Positions 1-9,975 of a stretch of DNA of 64,000 nt are shown here, in pieces. This stretch comes from an uncultured Acidobacteriota bacterium (GTDB lineage Bacteria > Acidobacteriota > Thermoanaerobaculia > UBA5066 > Gp7-AA6). The number at the start of each line of letters is the position of its first letter. Positions within the stretch are counted from its first letter, which is position 1. The translations under genes and the position numbers were made by a program. Below the pieces are notes generated by a model. That model worked only from the letters and a program-made list of their open reading frames with translations. It was not told where the DNA came from and made no database searches. The stretch spans positions 94,346 to 158,345 of the forward strand of contig CAWGSA010000002.1 of the NCBI GenBank assembly GCA_963825175.1, in the 5' to 3' direction.

Positions 1-620
1 CCTCCAGCAGGACCTGCGACAACACCGACAGCGGAAAGACATAGATGCCCATCGAGGCCAGCGTGCCCGGCGGCTCCTTGGGCTTCTCCACGAACTGCGT
101 CACCCGCAGGTCGTCGTCCGTTCCGAGGATGCCCATCCGCGTCGCTTCCTCCCGGGTCACGTTCAGGGTGGCGATGGTCACGTCGGCAGCCTTGGCCACG
201 TGGTACTCGATCAAGGCGGAGTAGTTCATCTTGTAGATGTGGTCGCCGGACAGGACCAGGACGAGATCGGGGCCGCCCCGCTGGACGAAGGAAAGGTTCT
301 GTCCCAGCGCGTCGGCGGTCCCCTTGTACCAGTCGGTGGCCAGCCTTCCCCGATAGGGCTGGTAGATCTGGACGCCGCCGGAGAAGCCGCGGTCGAGGTC
401 CCACGGACGTCCGGCCCCGATGTGCTCGTTCAACGAGTGGGGGCGGTATTGCGTCAGGATCATGATGTCGTTGATCCCGGAGTTGACGCAGTTGGACAGC
501 GTGAAGTCGATGATGCGGTACTTCCCGGCGAAGGGAACGGCCGGCTTGGCGCGCTTGTCGGTGAGCACGCCCAGGCGTGATCCCTCACCGCCCGCGAGGA
601 TGACCGCCCGGATCTTCACG
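1..620 (-). CDS. glgC: glucose-1-phosphate adenylyltransferase; N-terminal ~206 aa only, the gene continues past the window start
   Basis: Minus-strand translation from GTG at 618-620 gives [49 protein letters not shown]...[20 protein letters not shown]. This carries the GlgC nucleotide-binding and [13 protein letters not shown] motifs. It lies directly downstream of glgA. Confidence 0.85.
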
Positions 621-628
621 CTAGGCTC

Positions 629-2059
629 TCATCCGCGGGAGCCCCGCGTCCGCTCGTAGAGCTCGACGTACAGGCGCGCGGACCGGCTCCAGGAGAAGTC
701 CGTCTGCATTCCCCGCACCTGAAGGCGTGTCCATTGCACCGGGTCAGAGTACACCGGAAGCGTTCGCTCCAAGGCGTGGCCGAGCGCGCTGGGATGGAAA
801 TCGTCGAAGAGAATTCCCGTTCCGGTGGGATCGTCGGCATCGCGGATGGTGTCGGCGAGACCTCCGGTCCGGCGGGCCACCGGGACCGCGCCGTAACGCA
901 TCGCGATCATCTGGGTCAGGCCGCAGGGCTCGTAGCGGGAGGGGATCAACAGGGCGTCCGCTCCGGCGTAGATCCGCCGGGCGTAACGGCCGTCGAAGCG
1001 CAGGCGGACGGAGGCCCGACCGCGGTGGACGAGCTCGAGCTGCCCGAAGTCGCGCTCGAGCGCCGGGTCGCCGGTTCCCAGGAGCACGAACTGGCCCCCG
1101 GCCTCGATCCAGCGGACGACACCCGGCCCGGCGATCTCCAGCCCTTTCTGGGAGTCCAGGCGCGAGACCACGCCCAGGAGCGGCTGCCGCGCGTCCCGCT
1201 CGAGACCCGCCTCTTCCTGCAGGGCCGTCTTGTTGGCTGCCCGCCGCGGGAGGGTGGCGATTCCGAACGGCTGCGCCAACGCCGGATCGGTCTCCGGGTT
1301 CCAGACATCAGTGTCGATGCCGTTTAAGATTCCAGCCAGCCTCTCGCGCCGCGCGTACAGAACGTGCTCCAGTCCGTTGCCGCCCGGGCTCACCTGAATT
1401 TCCCGGGCGTAAGTCGGGCTGACGGTCGAGAGAGAGTCGGCCGTCACCAGGGCGACACCGAGAAGGGAATCGCGGAAGCGCTGCGGCAACGCGAAGACCG
1501 CTTCGGCTCGCGCCAGACCGTAGGCGGCGAGATGTGGCCCGGCGCCTTCGCCGGCGTAAGGCAGATTGTGAATCGTGAAGAGGGACGCGGCGGAGGAATA
1601 GAAGGGATTGCCGCGCCCCTGGGTCGTCAGCCAGTAGATCGCGGCGCCGGCGTGGTAATCGTGCGCATGCACGACGTCCGGTTTCCACTCGAGGGCTTGC
1701 GCGGCCCATAGCCCGGCGAGCGAGAAGAAGATGAACTTGGGCCCGTCCTCGTCGATTGACGAGCCGTAGATGCGGCCGTCCTTGGGTATGGGCGGGCCGG
1801 TGACCAGCCACACCGGCACGCCGTCGATTGAAGTTTCGAAGATCTCGGCCGTCTGGTCGCCGGCGCTATGGGGGATCGGGAACATCGTGCGCCACTGCGG
1901 CTTCAGACCCGACCAGTCGATCGACCCGTAGCCGGGGATGGCGATCCGGACTTCGTGGCCGAGAGCCTGGAGCGCTTTGGGCAGCGATCCCACCACGTCG
2001 GCCAGACCGCCGACCTTGACGAGCGGCGCGGCCTCCGCCGCCAGGAAGAGGATTCTCAC
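629..2059 (-). CDS. glgA: glycogen synthase (ADP-glucose type, GT5)
   Basis: 476-aa ORF starting [30 protein letters not shown] with a typical GlgA N-terminal KVGGL motif. The conserved C-terminal region is intact. Confidence 0.9.
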   Translation of the reverse strand: MRILFLAAEAAPLVKVGGLADVVGSLPKALQALGHEVRIAIPGYGSIDWSGLKPQWRTMFPIPHSAGDQTAEIFETSIDGVPVWLVTGPPIPKDGRIYGSSIDEDGPKFIFFSLAGLWAAQALEWKPDVVHAHDYHAGAAIYWLTTQGRGNPFYSSAASLFTIHNLPYAGEGAGPHLAAYGLARAEAVFALPQRFRDSLLGVALVTADSLSTVSPTYAREIQVSPGGNGLEHVLYARRERLAGILNGIDTDVWNPETDPALAQPFGIATLPRRAANKTALQEEAGLERDARQPLLGVVSRLDSQKGLEIAGPGVVRWIEAGGQFVLLGTGDPALERDFGQLELVHRGRASVRLRFDGRYARRIYAGADALLIPSRYEPCGLTQMIAMRYGAVPVARRTGGLADTIRDADDPTGTGILFDDFHPSALGHALERTLPVYSDPVQWTRLQVRGMQTDFSWSRSARLYVELYERTRGSRG

Positions 2060-2371
2060 GGGCTCGGTGTCCCCTGGTTGGAGGCGGGAACGATGATCGA
2101 GAAACGCGGCATGGGAACGGGCGGCGGCGAGTCCCCGTGGGCTACGCCGCCTTCCTTGCCCTGGCCGCGGTCTCTGGTTTTGCCGTCCTGGCGGCGAGCC
2201 GGTGCGCGCCTCCGGTCTGCCCGAGGGAAACGATTGTGAGGAAGAAGTCGTTCTGGCCCCACTCGAAGAGGCGGCCGCCGGGGATGGGGCCTTCGCGGGT
2301 CGGGACGACTTCCTTCCAGTTATCGCCGGCCGGCTTCGCGAGATCGACCGCCGTGAAAGAACCGATCGGGG

Positions 2372-2752
2372 TCACTGGATGGAGACGACGATGCCGTTCT
2401 CGAAGACGACGGTCTTTCCGACCGTGGAATAGATCCACTTCTCCCTGGTGGCGCCGGACTCCGTCGTTTCCGTCTGCGTTTCCGATGGAGGGCCGAGCAG
2501 CGCGCGCACCTGATCGGGGGTCATGTTCTCGGTGATCTGGCCCCCGGACGTTCCGGAGTCCAACGCGCTCTGGGCCGTCTCCCGCGCGGCGTTGCGCTGG
2601 GCTTCACCGCGGGCCACTTCGCGGGCCCTCTCGATCGGGGCCTTCGACTCGGCCGCCTCCGGCTCCTTGCTGGCCAGCAGCCCGGATCGGGTAATGACCC
2701 ACCATCCGAGCACGAGAACGATCAGGAGGGCGAAGAGCCTTCCGAGGGACAT
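2372..2752 (-). CDS. hypothetical membrane-anchored protein with a possible SmpA/OmlA (BamE-like) C-terminal domain
   Basis: 126-aa ORF with an N-terminal hydrophobic helix (LFALLIVLVLGWWVI). The C-terminus (MTPDQVRALLGPP...VVFENGIVVSI) resembles BamE/SmpA_OmlA folds. The family assignment is weak. Confidence 0.4.
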   Translation of the reverse strand: MSLGRLFALLIVLVLGWWVITRSGLLASKEPEAAESKAPIERAREVARGEAQRNAARETAQSALDSGTSGGQITENMTPDQVRALLGPPSETQTETTESGATREKWIYSTVGKTVVFENGIVVSIQ

Positions 2753-2845
2753 GGTGCGGGCATTTTATATTGAAATGAGAGGGGCGGCCCGCAGCCGCCC
2801 CTGGAAACCGACCGGCGAAGACACGGAAAGCGGTTCGAGCTCTTT

Positions 2846-3148
2846 CTAGCTCTTCGCCTTATGCGTCCGCCGGATCTCCGTGATCCACATCTGTCCGTTC
2901 TTGTCGACCATGTCGAAATGGATCGAATCGCCGACGGCCAGCTCCTCGGCCGTCAAGTTGTTCTTCCACTTCGTCGTATCGTCCCAGTACAGAGTGTAGG
3001 TGTCCCCTTTCTCACCCTGGACCGCCAGAGTCCTGGCGGCCGGATCGATGTTCGTGATCTTTCCCTCGTGGGGTCGACGTTCGGCCATCGCCAAAGTGCT
3101 GGCGAGCACCAGGGCCAGAGCGGCCACGGAAAGCGAGAGTTTTCTCAT
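2846..3148 (-). CDS. small exported protein of unknown function
   Basis: MRKLSLSVAALALVLASTLAMA signal peptide. A GGAGG RBS lies 9 nt upstream of the ATG at 3146-3148. The mature part is about 75 aa; no family recognised. Confidence 0.45.
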   Translation of the reverse strand: MRKLSLSVAALALVLASTLAMAERRPHEGKITNIDPAARTLAVQGEKGDTYTLYWDDTTKWKNNLTAEELAVGDSIHFDMVDKNGQMWITEIRRTHKAKS

Positions 3149-3196
3149 AGACACAACCTCCGGTGCCGGGATTTGCAGGAAGCGGGCCAACGAAGG

Positions 3197-3673
3197 CTAG
3201 GTGTGCTGGGTGTACGTGGGGAGGCCGGGGTGGCCGCTGGTCCAGACGTTCATCTCTTCCTCGTTGCGAAGAAGGTCCTTCAGCGTCATGCGCCCGAGCA
3301 CGGTGTCGATCGCGCCCTGGATCGTGCGCCAGACGGAGCGGATCGCGCAGTCTCCGTGGTGCGTGCAGAGAGCGCTGCTGCCGGCGTGCGTGCCGCAGAA
3401 GTTCGCGTCGAAGAGCCGGCCGCCCAGGACCGCGAGGGCATGGCCGACGGCGATCTGCTCGGCCGGCCGTGCGAGCGTGTACCCTCCGGATTGCCCGCGT
3501 GTGGACTTGACGAAGCCGCCTCTGCGCAGGATGCGCATCATCTTCGCCACGTGCGGCTGCGAGATCCCCTCGGACCGCGCAAGCTCGGGAATGGTGATGC
3601 TGCCTTCCGTGCCCTCGCGGCCGACCCGCAGGAGGCAGCGCAGGCCGTACTCTTCTTGTGAGGTCAGGCGCAT
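3197..3673 (-). CDS. Rrf2-family transcriptional regulator (IscR/SufR-like, Fe-S cluster-ligating type)
   Basis: 158 aa. The N-terminal wHTH region (YGLRCLL...ISQPHVAKMMRILRRGGFVKSTRGQSGGYTLARP) and the cysteine cluster (CGTHAGSSALCTHHGDC) are typical of IscR-like Rrf2 proteins. The gene sits immediately after the suf operon. Confidence 0.8.
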   Translation of the reverse strand: MRLTSQEEYGLRCLLRVGREGTEGSITIPELARSEGISQPHVAKMMRILRRGGFVKSTRGQSGGYTLARPAEQIAVGHALAVLGGRLFDANFCGTHAGSSALCTHHGDCAIRSVWRTIQGAIDTVLGRMTLKDLLRNEEEMNVWTSGHPGLPTYTQHT

Positions 3674-3704
3674 CGGATTGTCTCCTCCCGGCGTCGATCA
3701 AAGA

Positions 3705-3783
3705 GTGACAAGTGACCAGTGACAAGTGACGAGAGGGGATCGGTCATGGCCTTGCTTGTCACTCGTCACTCGTCACTCGTCAC
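3705..3783. promoter_or_regulatory. inverted array of GTGACNA heptad repeats between sufT and the Rrf2 gene; candidate operator and/or terminator hairpin
   Basis: Left arm GTGACAA GTGACCA GTGACAA GTGACGA (3705-3733). A 21-nt spacer follows. Right arm TTGTCAC TCGTCAC TCGTCAC TCGTCAC (3755-3783). The arms are reverse complements of each other with one mismatch per heptad. The array lies 5 nt after the sufT stop and 32 nt before the Rrf2 start codon. Confidence 0.5.
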
Positions 3784-3787
3784 TTCT

Positions 3788-4330
3788 TCACATCATTCCC
3801 AACTGCAGCTTGGCCGCGTCGGACATCATGCTCATGTTCCACGGCGGGTCGAAGAGGACCTCGACGTCGGCCTCCTTCACGCCGGGGACCGCCAGGAGCT
3901 TGCCCTGGATGTCTCCGCGCAGGACGTCCCCCATGCCGCAGCCAGGCGCGGTCAGCGTGAAGCTCACCGCAACCTTGCTGCCGCCGTCGGGCAGCGCGCT
4001 CGCCTCGCACTTGTAGACCAGGCCCAGATCCACGATGTTGACGGGGATCTCCGGGTCGTAGCAGGTGCGCAGCTGATCCCAGCACAGCTCCTCGACGGAC
4101 TTGCCGGAATCGACGCCCGCGCCGGCCGCGGCCACTTCCATGCCGATCGCGTCGGCGTCTTTCCCGTCGATGCGGGCCATGTAACCGTAGGGCGTGATGA
4201 CCGTGTAGCTGCCGCCGAGCGACTGGGTCAGGGCGAGCGGCGTCCCTTCGGGGATGCGGATCTTGGTGCCGCTCGGAATCTCCGAGGCCTCGATCTCGCG
4301 GGTGGTGGTGACTTCCTTTTCCATGCGCAT
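3788..4330 (-). CDS. sufT: SUF-system Fe-S assembly protein, DUF59/MIP18 family (SufT-like)
   Basis: 180 aa containing a DUF59-like core (YDPEIPVNIVDLGLVY...APGCGMGDVL...ADVEVLFDPPWN). It is the last gene of the suf operon. Confidence 0.7.
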   Translation of the reverse strand: MRMEKEVTTTREIEASEIPSGTKIRIPEGTPLALTQSLGGSYTVITPYGYMARIDGKDADAIGMEVAAAGAGVDSGKSVEELCWDQLRTCYDPEIPVNIVDLGLVYKCEASALPDGGSKVAVSFTLTAPGCGMGDVLRGDIQGKLLAVPGVKEADVEVLFDPPWNMSMMSDAAKLQLGMM

Positions 4331-4339
4331 GGCCGTACC

Positions 4340-4858
4340 TCAGCAGACCTTGGGGGCGGCCGGCGTCGCGCGCGGCTCGTCCCTGGGAGACGCTTCCGCG
4401 CCGTCCTCCGTGGAAATCACGTCGGCGTCTCCATGGAGCGCCGACCGCATCGTGTGCCAGGGGAGCGTCGCGCACTTGATCCGCACCGGGTACTCGCGGA
4501 CTCCCGAGAAGACCTCGAGCTTGCCCAGGTCCGGTCCCGCCGCCGCAGCGTTCTTCTGGCCGGTGATCAGGTCGCGGAACTTCTCGAAGAGCGCTTCGAC
4601 CTCCCGGCGGCTCTTTCCCTTGAGCACCTCGGTCATCATCGAAGCCGAGGCGGTGGAGATCGCGCAGCCGGCTCCTTCGAAGCTGGCGTCGGAGACGACG
4701 TCGCCGTCGACCTGGAGATAAACGGTCTCGCGGTCTCCGCAGAGCGGGTTGTAGCCCTCGGCCTTGCGATTGGCCGCCGGGAGCGCGCGGAAGTTGCGCG
4801 GCTTCTTGCCGTGGTCGAGGATCATCTCCTGGTACAGGTCTCTCAGGTCGTCGCTCAC
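4340..4858 (-). CDS. sufU: SUF-type Fe-S scaffold / sulfur-transfer protein (SufU/IscU-like)
   Basis: MSDDLRDLYQEMILDHGKKPRNF...NPLCGDRETVYLQV...GAGCAISTASASMMTE...IKCATLPW matches the NifU-N/SufU fold with its conserved Cys ligands. The 4-nt overlap with sufS (ATGA) indicates translational coupling. Confidence 0.8.
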   Translation of the reverse strand: MSDDLRDLYQEMILDHGKKPRNFRALPAANRKAEGYNPLCGDRETVYLQVDGDVVSDASFEGAGCAISTASASMMTEVLKGKSRREVEALFEKFRDLITGQKNAAAAGPDLGKLEVFSGVREYPVRIKCATLPWHTMRSALHGDADVISTEDGAEASPRDEPRATPAAPKVC

Positions 4859-6123
4859 GCAAACATCCTTTGCACCTGCGCGATCCCCGCCGCCAGGGCT
4901 TCGATCTCGCCGGCCGTGTTGTAGAAGGCGAGCGACGCCCGCGCCGTGGCCGGGATCTGGAAGAAGTCCATGACCGGCTGCGCGCAGTGATGCCCGGTGC
5001 GCACGGCGATTCCCTGCCGATCGAGCACCGTGCCGATGTCATGGGGGTGCACGCCTTCCAGGGTGAAGGAGAGGACCGCGGCCTTTTCACGGGCGGTCCC
5101 GATCAAACGCAGGCCGGGGATCGCCGCGAGACGCTCGGTCGCGAGCGCGAGAAGCCCTTCCTCGTAGCGGCGCACGTTGGAAAGGCCCAGGCCGTTCACG
5201 TAATCGATCGCGGCGGCGAGGCCGATGGCGCCGGCGATGTTGGGGGTCCCGGCTTCGAACTTGTAAGGGAGCACGTTGTACGTCGTCTTCTCGAAGGTCA
5301 CCGACGCGATCATGTCGCCGCCACCCTGGTAGGGAGGCATGGCCTCGAGCCACCGGGCCTTGCCGTAAAGGGCACCGACTCCCGAGGGCCCGTAGATCTT
5401 GTGCCCGGAGATCGCGTAGAAGTCGCAGTCGAGCGCCTGGACGTCGACCGCGAGATGCGGCGCGGCCTGCGCGCCGTCGACCAGGACCGGAATCCCGCGC
5501 GCGTGCGCCAGGCGGATCATCTCGGCCAGAGGCGTGATGGTCCCCAGCGCGTTGGAGACGTGGGACACCGCAACGATCCGGGTCTTGTCGCAGAGCAGCC
5601 GCTCGAAGTCGTCGAGGAGGATCTCGCCCCGCCGATCGATCGGCGCCACGCGAAGTTTCGCGCCCTTCTCCTCGCACAGCATCTGCCACGGAACGATGTT
5701 CGAGTGGTGCTCCAGGGCGGAGATCACGACCTCGTCGCCCGGTCCGACGCGCGTCCGGCCGAAGGTCGCGGCGACGAGGTTGATGGCCTCGGTCGTGCCT
5801 CGCACGAAGACAATCTCGCGGGTGTCGGCCGCATGGAGCAGGTCCCGGACTTTCTCCCGCGCCTTTTCGTACGCCTCCGTCGACGCCACGGAGAGCCAGT
5901 GCACGCCGCGGTGGATGTTGGCGTAGTAGCGCTCGTACAGATCTCTCTCCGCGTCGATCACCGCCCGCGGCTTCTGCGTCGTCGCGGCGTTGTCCAGGTA
6001 CACCAGGGGCTTGCCGTGGACCTTCTGGGAAAGGATCGGAAAGTCACGGCGGATGCGTTCGACGTCCAGCGGCCGGTCCGCGGGCGTCGGCGCCACGCCG
6101 GCGAAGGAAGCGGCGGTGCTCAT
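4855..6123 (-). CDS. sufS: cysteine desulfurase SufS (class V aminotransferase, group II)
   Basis: [52 protein letters not shown]...SGHKIYGPSGVGALYGK...RTGHHCAQP. Hallmark SufS motifs are present. The 585-aa ORF in the track is an upstream read-through; the true start overlaps the sufD stop. Confidence 0.9.
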   Translation of the reverse strand: MSTAASFAGVAPTPADRPLDVERIRRDFPILSQKVHGKPLVYLDNAATTQKPRAVIDAERDLYERYYANIHRGVHWLSVASTEAYEKAREKVRDLLHAADTREIVFVRGTTEAINLVAATFGRTRVGPGDEVVISALEHHSNIVPWQMLCEEKGAKLRVAPIDRRGEILLDDFERLLCDKTRIVAVSHVSNALGTITPLAEMIRLAHARGIPVLVDGAQAAPHLAVDVQALDCDFYAISGHKIYGPSGVGALYGKARWLEAMPPYQGGGDMIASVTFEKTTYNVLPYKFEAGTPNIAGAIGLAAAIDYVNGLGLSNVRRYEEGLLALATERLAAIPGLRLIGTAREKAAVLSFTLEGVHPHDIGTVLDRQGIAVRTGHHCAQPVMDFFQIPATARASLAFYNTAGEIEALAAGIAQVQRMFA

Positions 6124-7451
6124 GGCCGGGCCTCCTCGATGGACAGGGGCGCGCCGGCCAGCCGCGTTCCCAGGAGCTCCTCGATCTCCGCGCGCACCGA
6201 CGGAAGGCGCAGGCGGCCGGCCACGTCGGCGGCGAAGGCGTAGGTCAGGATCGCTCGGGCTTCCTTCTCCGCGATGCCGCGCGAGCGCAGGTAGAAGAGC
6301 GCGTTGGCGTCGAGCTGCCCGATCGTCGAGCCGTGCTTGCACTTGACGTCGTCGGCGAAGATCTCCAGCACCGGCGTCGAGTCGACCAGGGCCTCGGGCG
6401 AGAGGAGGAGGTTCTTGTTGGTCTGCATGGCGTCGGTTTTCTGCGCGCCGGGGCGCACGACGATCGTTCCGTGGAAGACGCCGCGGGCCCTGTCGTCCAG
6501 GATCCCCTTGTAGAGCTCGCGGCTGACGCAGTGCGGGCGGGCATGGTCGATGAAGGTGTGCGTGTCCAGGTGCTGGGACTCCTCGCCGATGAAGATTCCG
6601 TTCAGTGTGCACTCCCCGCCCTCGCCGTCGAAGAGGACGTTCAGATCCGTGCGCGAGAGCGCGGCTCCCAGGGTCACGTTGTGGGAGGTGAAGGTCGCCG
6701 CGCGGGCGAGCCGCGCCTGGAGGGTGTGCACGTGGTACGCGGCGGGCGACTCGCGCTGGATCTTGTAGTGCTCGAGGATCGCGCTCTCACCGATCGCGAT
6801 CTCCGTGACCGCGTTGGTCAGATAGGGATCGCCCTGCCCAGCGTATCTCTCGATGATCGTGGCGTGGCTCTGGGGCTCGGCGAGGATCAGGTTGCGCGGG
6901 TGGGCGACGATCGCGTCCGCCCCGGCCTGACCGAGAAAGAGAAGCTCGATGGGCTCCGTCGAAGAGGCTCCCCGCGGAATCACGACGAGCGCGCCGTCGT
7001 CGAGGAACGCGGTGTTCCAGGCGGTGAACGGCTGACGCTCCCAGTCGGCGTAGTGTCCCAGGTGCGCCTCCAGGGCCTCGGGGCGTGAGGTCAGGGCTTC
7101 CCGCAGGCTCGTGACACGCGCGGATCGGGCATCCGGGGCCGAAGAGAGATCCCGGCGAAAGCGGCCGTTGACGAAGACGAGGCGCGGGCCGGCCCCGGCG
7201 GCCGCGGGGAGAGCGATCCTGGCAGCGTCGCCTGCCGGGGCGAGGTGAAACGCCGTGCGCGCGATGGCAGCGACACCGGTGTACTTCCAGGCTTCGATCT
7301 TCGGAGTCGGGAATCCGAGCTCCTGAAAACGGGCGAAGGCCTTGCCACGGAGATCGTGCAGCCATTGCGCCTCGCCTCGCCTCGACTCCTCGAAGGCGGC
7401 GAAATCCTCGCGGTACAGGCCGGTCTCGCGCTCGACGGCTTCGGCTTCCAT
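6120..7451 (-). CDS. sufD: Fe-S cluster assembly protein SufD
   Basis: 443 aa. The C-terminal beta-helix region has the typical SufB/D motifs ([18 protein letters not shown]...[10 protein letters not shown]). Position is between sufC and sufS. Confidence 0.85.
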   Translation of the reverse strand: MEAEAVERETGLYREDFAAFEESRRGEAQWLHDLRGKAFARFQELGFPTPKIEAWKYTGVAAIARTAFHLAPAGDAARIALPAAAGAGPRLVFVNGRFRRDLSSAPDARSARVTSLREALTSRPEALEAHLGHYADWERQPFTAWNTAFLDDGALVVIPRGASSTEPIELLFLGQAGADAIVAHPRNLILAEPQSHATIIERYAGQGDPYLTNAVTEIAIGESAILEHYKIQRESPAAYHVHTLQARLARAATFTSHNVTLGAALSRTDLNVLFDGEGGECTLNGIFIGEESQHLDTHTFIDHARPHCVSRELYKGILDDRARGVFHGTIVVRPGAQKTDAMQTNKNLLLSPEALVDSTPVLEIFADDVKCKHGSTIGQLDANALFYLRSRGIAEKEARAILTYAFAADVAGRLRLPSVRAEIEELLGTRLAGAPLSIEEARP

Positions 7452-7458
7452 GGCGCCC

Positions 7459-8241
7459 CTAAGCGCGGGCTCCCGCGCTCGGCGGCGTGGCCGGTGCCGG
7501 CTCCTTCTCCAGCCAGGCGTAGCCCTTCTCCTCGAGCTTGAGCGCGAGATCCTTGCCGCCGGAGAGCGCGATGCGCCCGTCGACCAGCACGTGGAGGAAG
7601 TCCGGGACGATGTAGTTCAAGAGCCGCTGGTAGTGCGTCACGACGATCATGGAACGGTCCGGCGCGCGCAGCGCGTTGACACCGGAGGCCACGATCCGCA
7701 GCGCGTCGATGTCCAGGCCGGAGTCGGTCTCGTCCAGGATGGCCAGCGCGGGCTCCAGCACGGCCATCTGGAAGATCTCGTTTCTCTTCTTCTCGCCGCC
7801 GGAGAAGCCCTCGTTGACCGGCCGCTTGGTGAGCTCCTCGTCGAGCGCCACGAGCTTGGCCTTTTCCCTGGTCAGGCGCAGGAAGTCCATGGCGTCGAGC
7901 TCGGGCTCGCCGCGGTGCTTGCGGATGGCGTTGACGGCGTTCTTCAAGAAGTAGACGTTGGAAACGCCGGGGATCTCGACGGGATACTGAAACGCGAGGA
8001 ACAAGCCCTCGCGCGCGCGCATCTCCGGCGTCATCGCCAGGAGGTCCTTGCCCTTGTACAGGACCGTGCCGCGCGTCACCTCGTAGCCCGGGCGACCGGC
8101 CAGCACGTGGGCCAGCGTCGATTTGCCCGACCCGTTGGGACCCATGATGGCGTGGACCTCGCCGTCGCGGACGGTCAGGTCGACGCCCTTGAGGATTTCG
8201 GTGCCGCCGACGCTGGCGTGGAGGTTGTGGATTTCGAGCAT
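7459..8241 (-). CDS. sufC: Fe-S cluster assembly ATPase SufC
   Basis: [43 protein letters not shown]...[13 protein letters not shown]...[16 protein letters not shown] carries Walker A, ABC signature and Walker B. An AGGAAG RBS lies upstream. Confidence 0.95.
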   Translation of the reverse strand: MLEIHNLHASVGGTEILKGVDLTVRDGEVHAIMGPNGSGKSTLAHVLAGRPGYEVTRGTVLYKGKDLLAMTPEMRAREGLFLAFQYPVEIPGVSNVYFLKNAVNAIRKHRGEPELDAMDFLRLTREKAKLVALDEELTKRPVNEGFSGGEKKRNEIFQMAVLEPALAILDETDSGLDIDALRIVASGVNALRAPDRSMIVVTHYQRLLNYIVPDFLHVLVDGRIALSGGKDLALKLEEKGYAWLEKEPAPATPPSAGARA

Positions 8242-8267
8242 CAGTCTTCCTTCGATCGCTCATCTGT

Positions 8268-9835
<1,568 letters not shown>

Positions 9836-9905
9836 CAGGATCCAAGCATATTGAATCTATACTTCATAGTCAATATTCTATCTAGTGCTTAACCATTTGA
9901 TAACA
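9836..9905 (-). promoter_or_regulatory. AT-rich promoter/operator region of the suf operon
   Basis: Locally AT-rich in a ~70 % GC genome. It contains a TTGACT -35-like hexamer and the inverted repeat AATATTGA(n15)TCAATAT (coding-strand reading), lying between the upstream-gene terminator and the sufB ATG. This is a candidate Rrf2-type operator. Confidence 0.4.
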
Positions 9906-9918
9906 AGCTGTTTGTTGC

Positions 9919-9951
9919 TGAAAGAAAAGCGCCGGTCTCGCGACCGGCGCT
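9919..9951 (-). terminator. rho-independent terminator downstream of the FecR/WXXGXW gene
   Basis: On the minus strand there is a perfect 10-bp stem GCGCCGGTC / GACCGGCGC with a 4-nt loop, followed by TTTTCTTTC. It sits 25 nt after the stop at 9976. Confidence 0.6.
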
Positions 9952-9975
9952 TACCGTAAACGAGTCCGCGAGCTG

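Noticed and set aside
727-1422. Arg-rich 231-aa plus-strand ORF inside glgA
   Set aside because: Antisense to a well-conserved glycogen synthase gene. The composition is typical of GC-rich noise.
3705-3783. Heptad repeat array as a possible CRISPR array
   Set aside because: The units are only 7 nt long with no spacers of unique sequence. There are no cas genes in the window. The inverted arrangement is that of a palindrome, not of direct repeats with spacers.
3719-5090. Long ORFs on both strands (401 aa plus, 436 aa minus) across sufT/sufU/sufS
   Set aside because: The suf genes account for this DNA in a third frame. These are high-GC shadow ORFs with Arg/Gly/Pro-rich nonsense translations.
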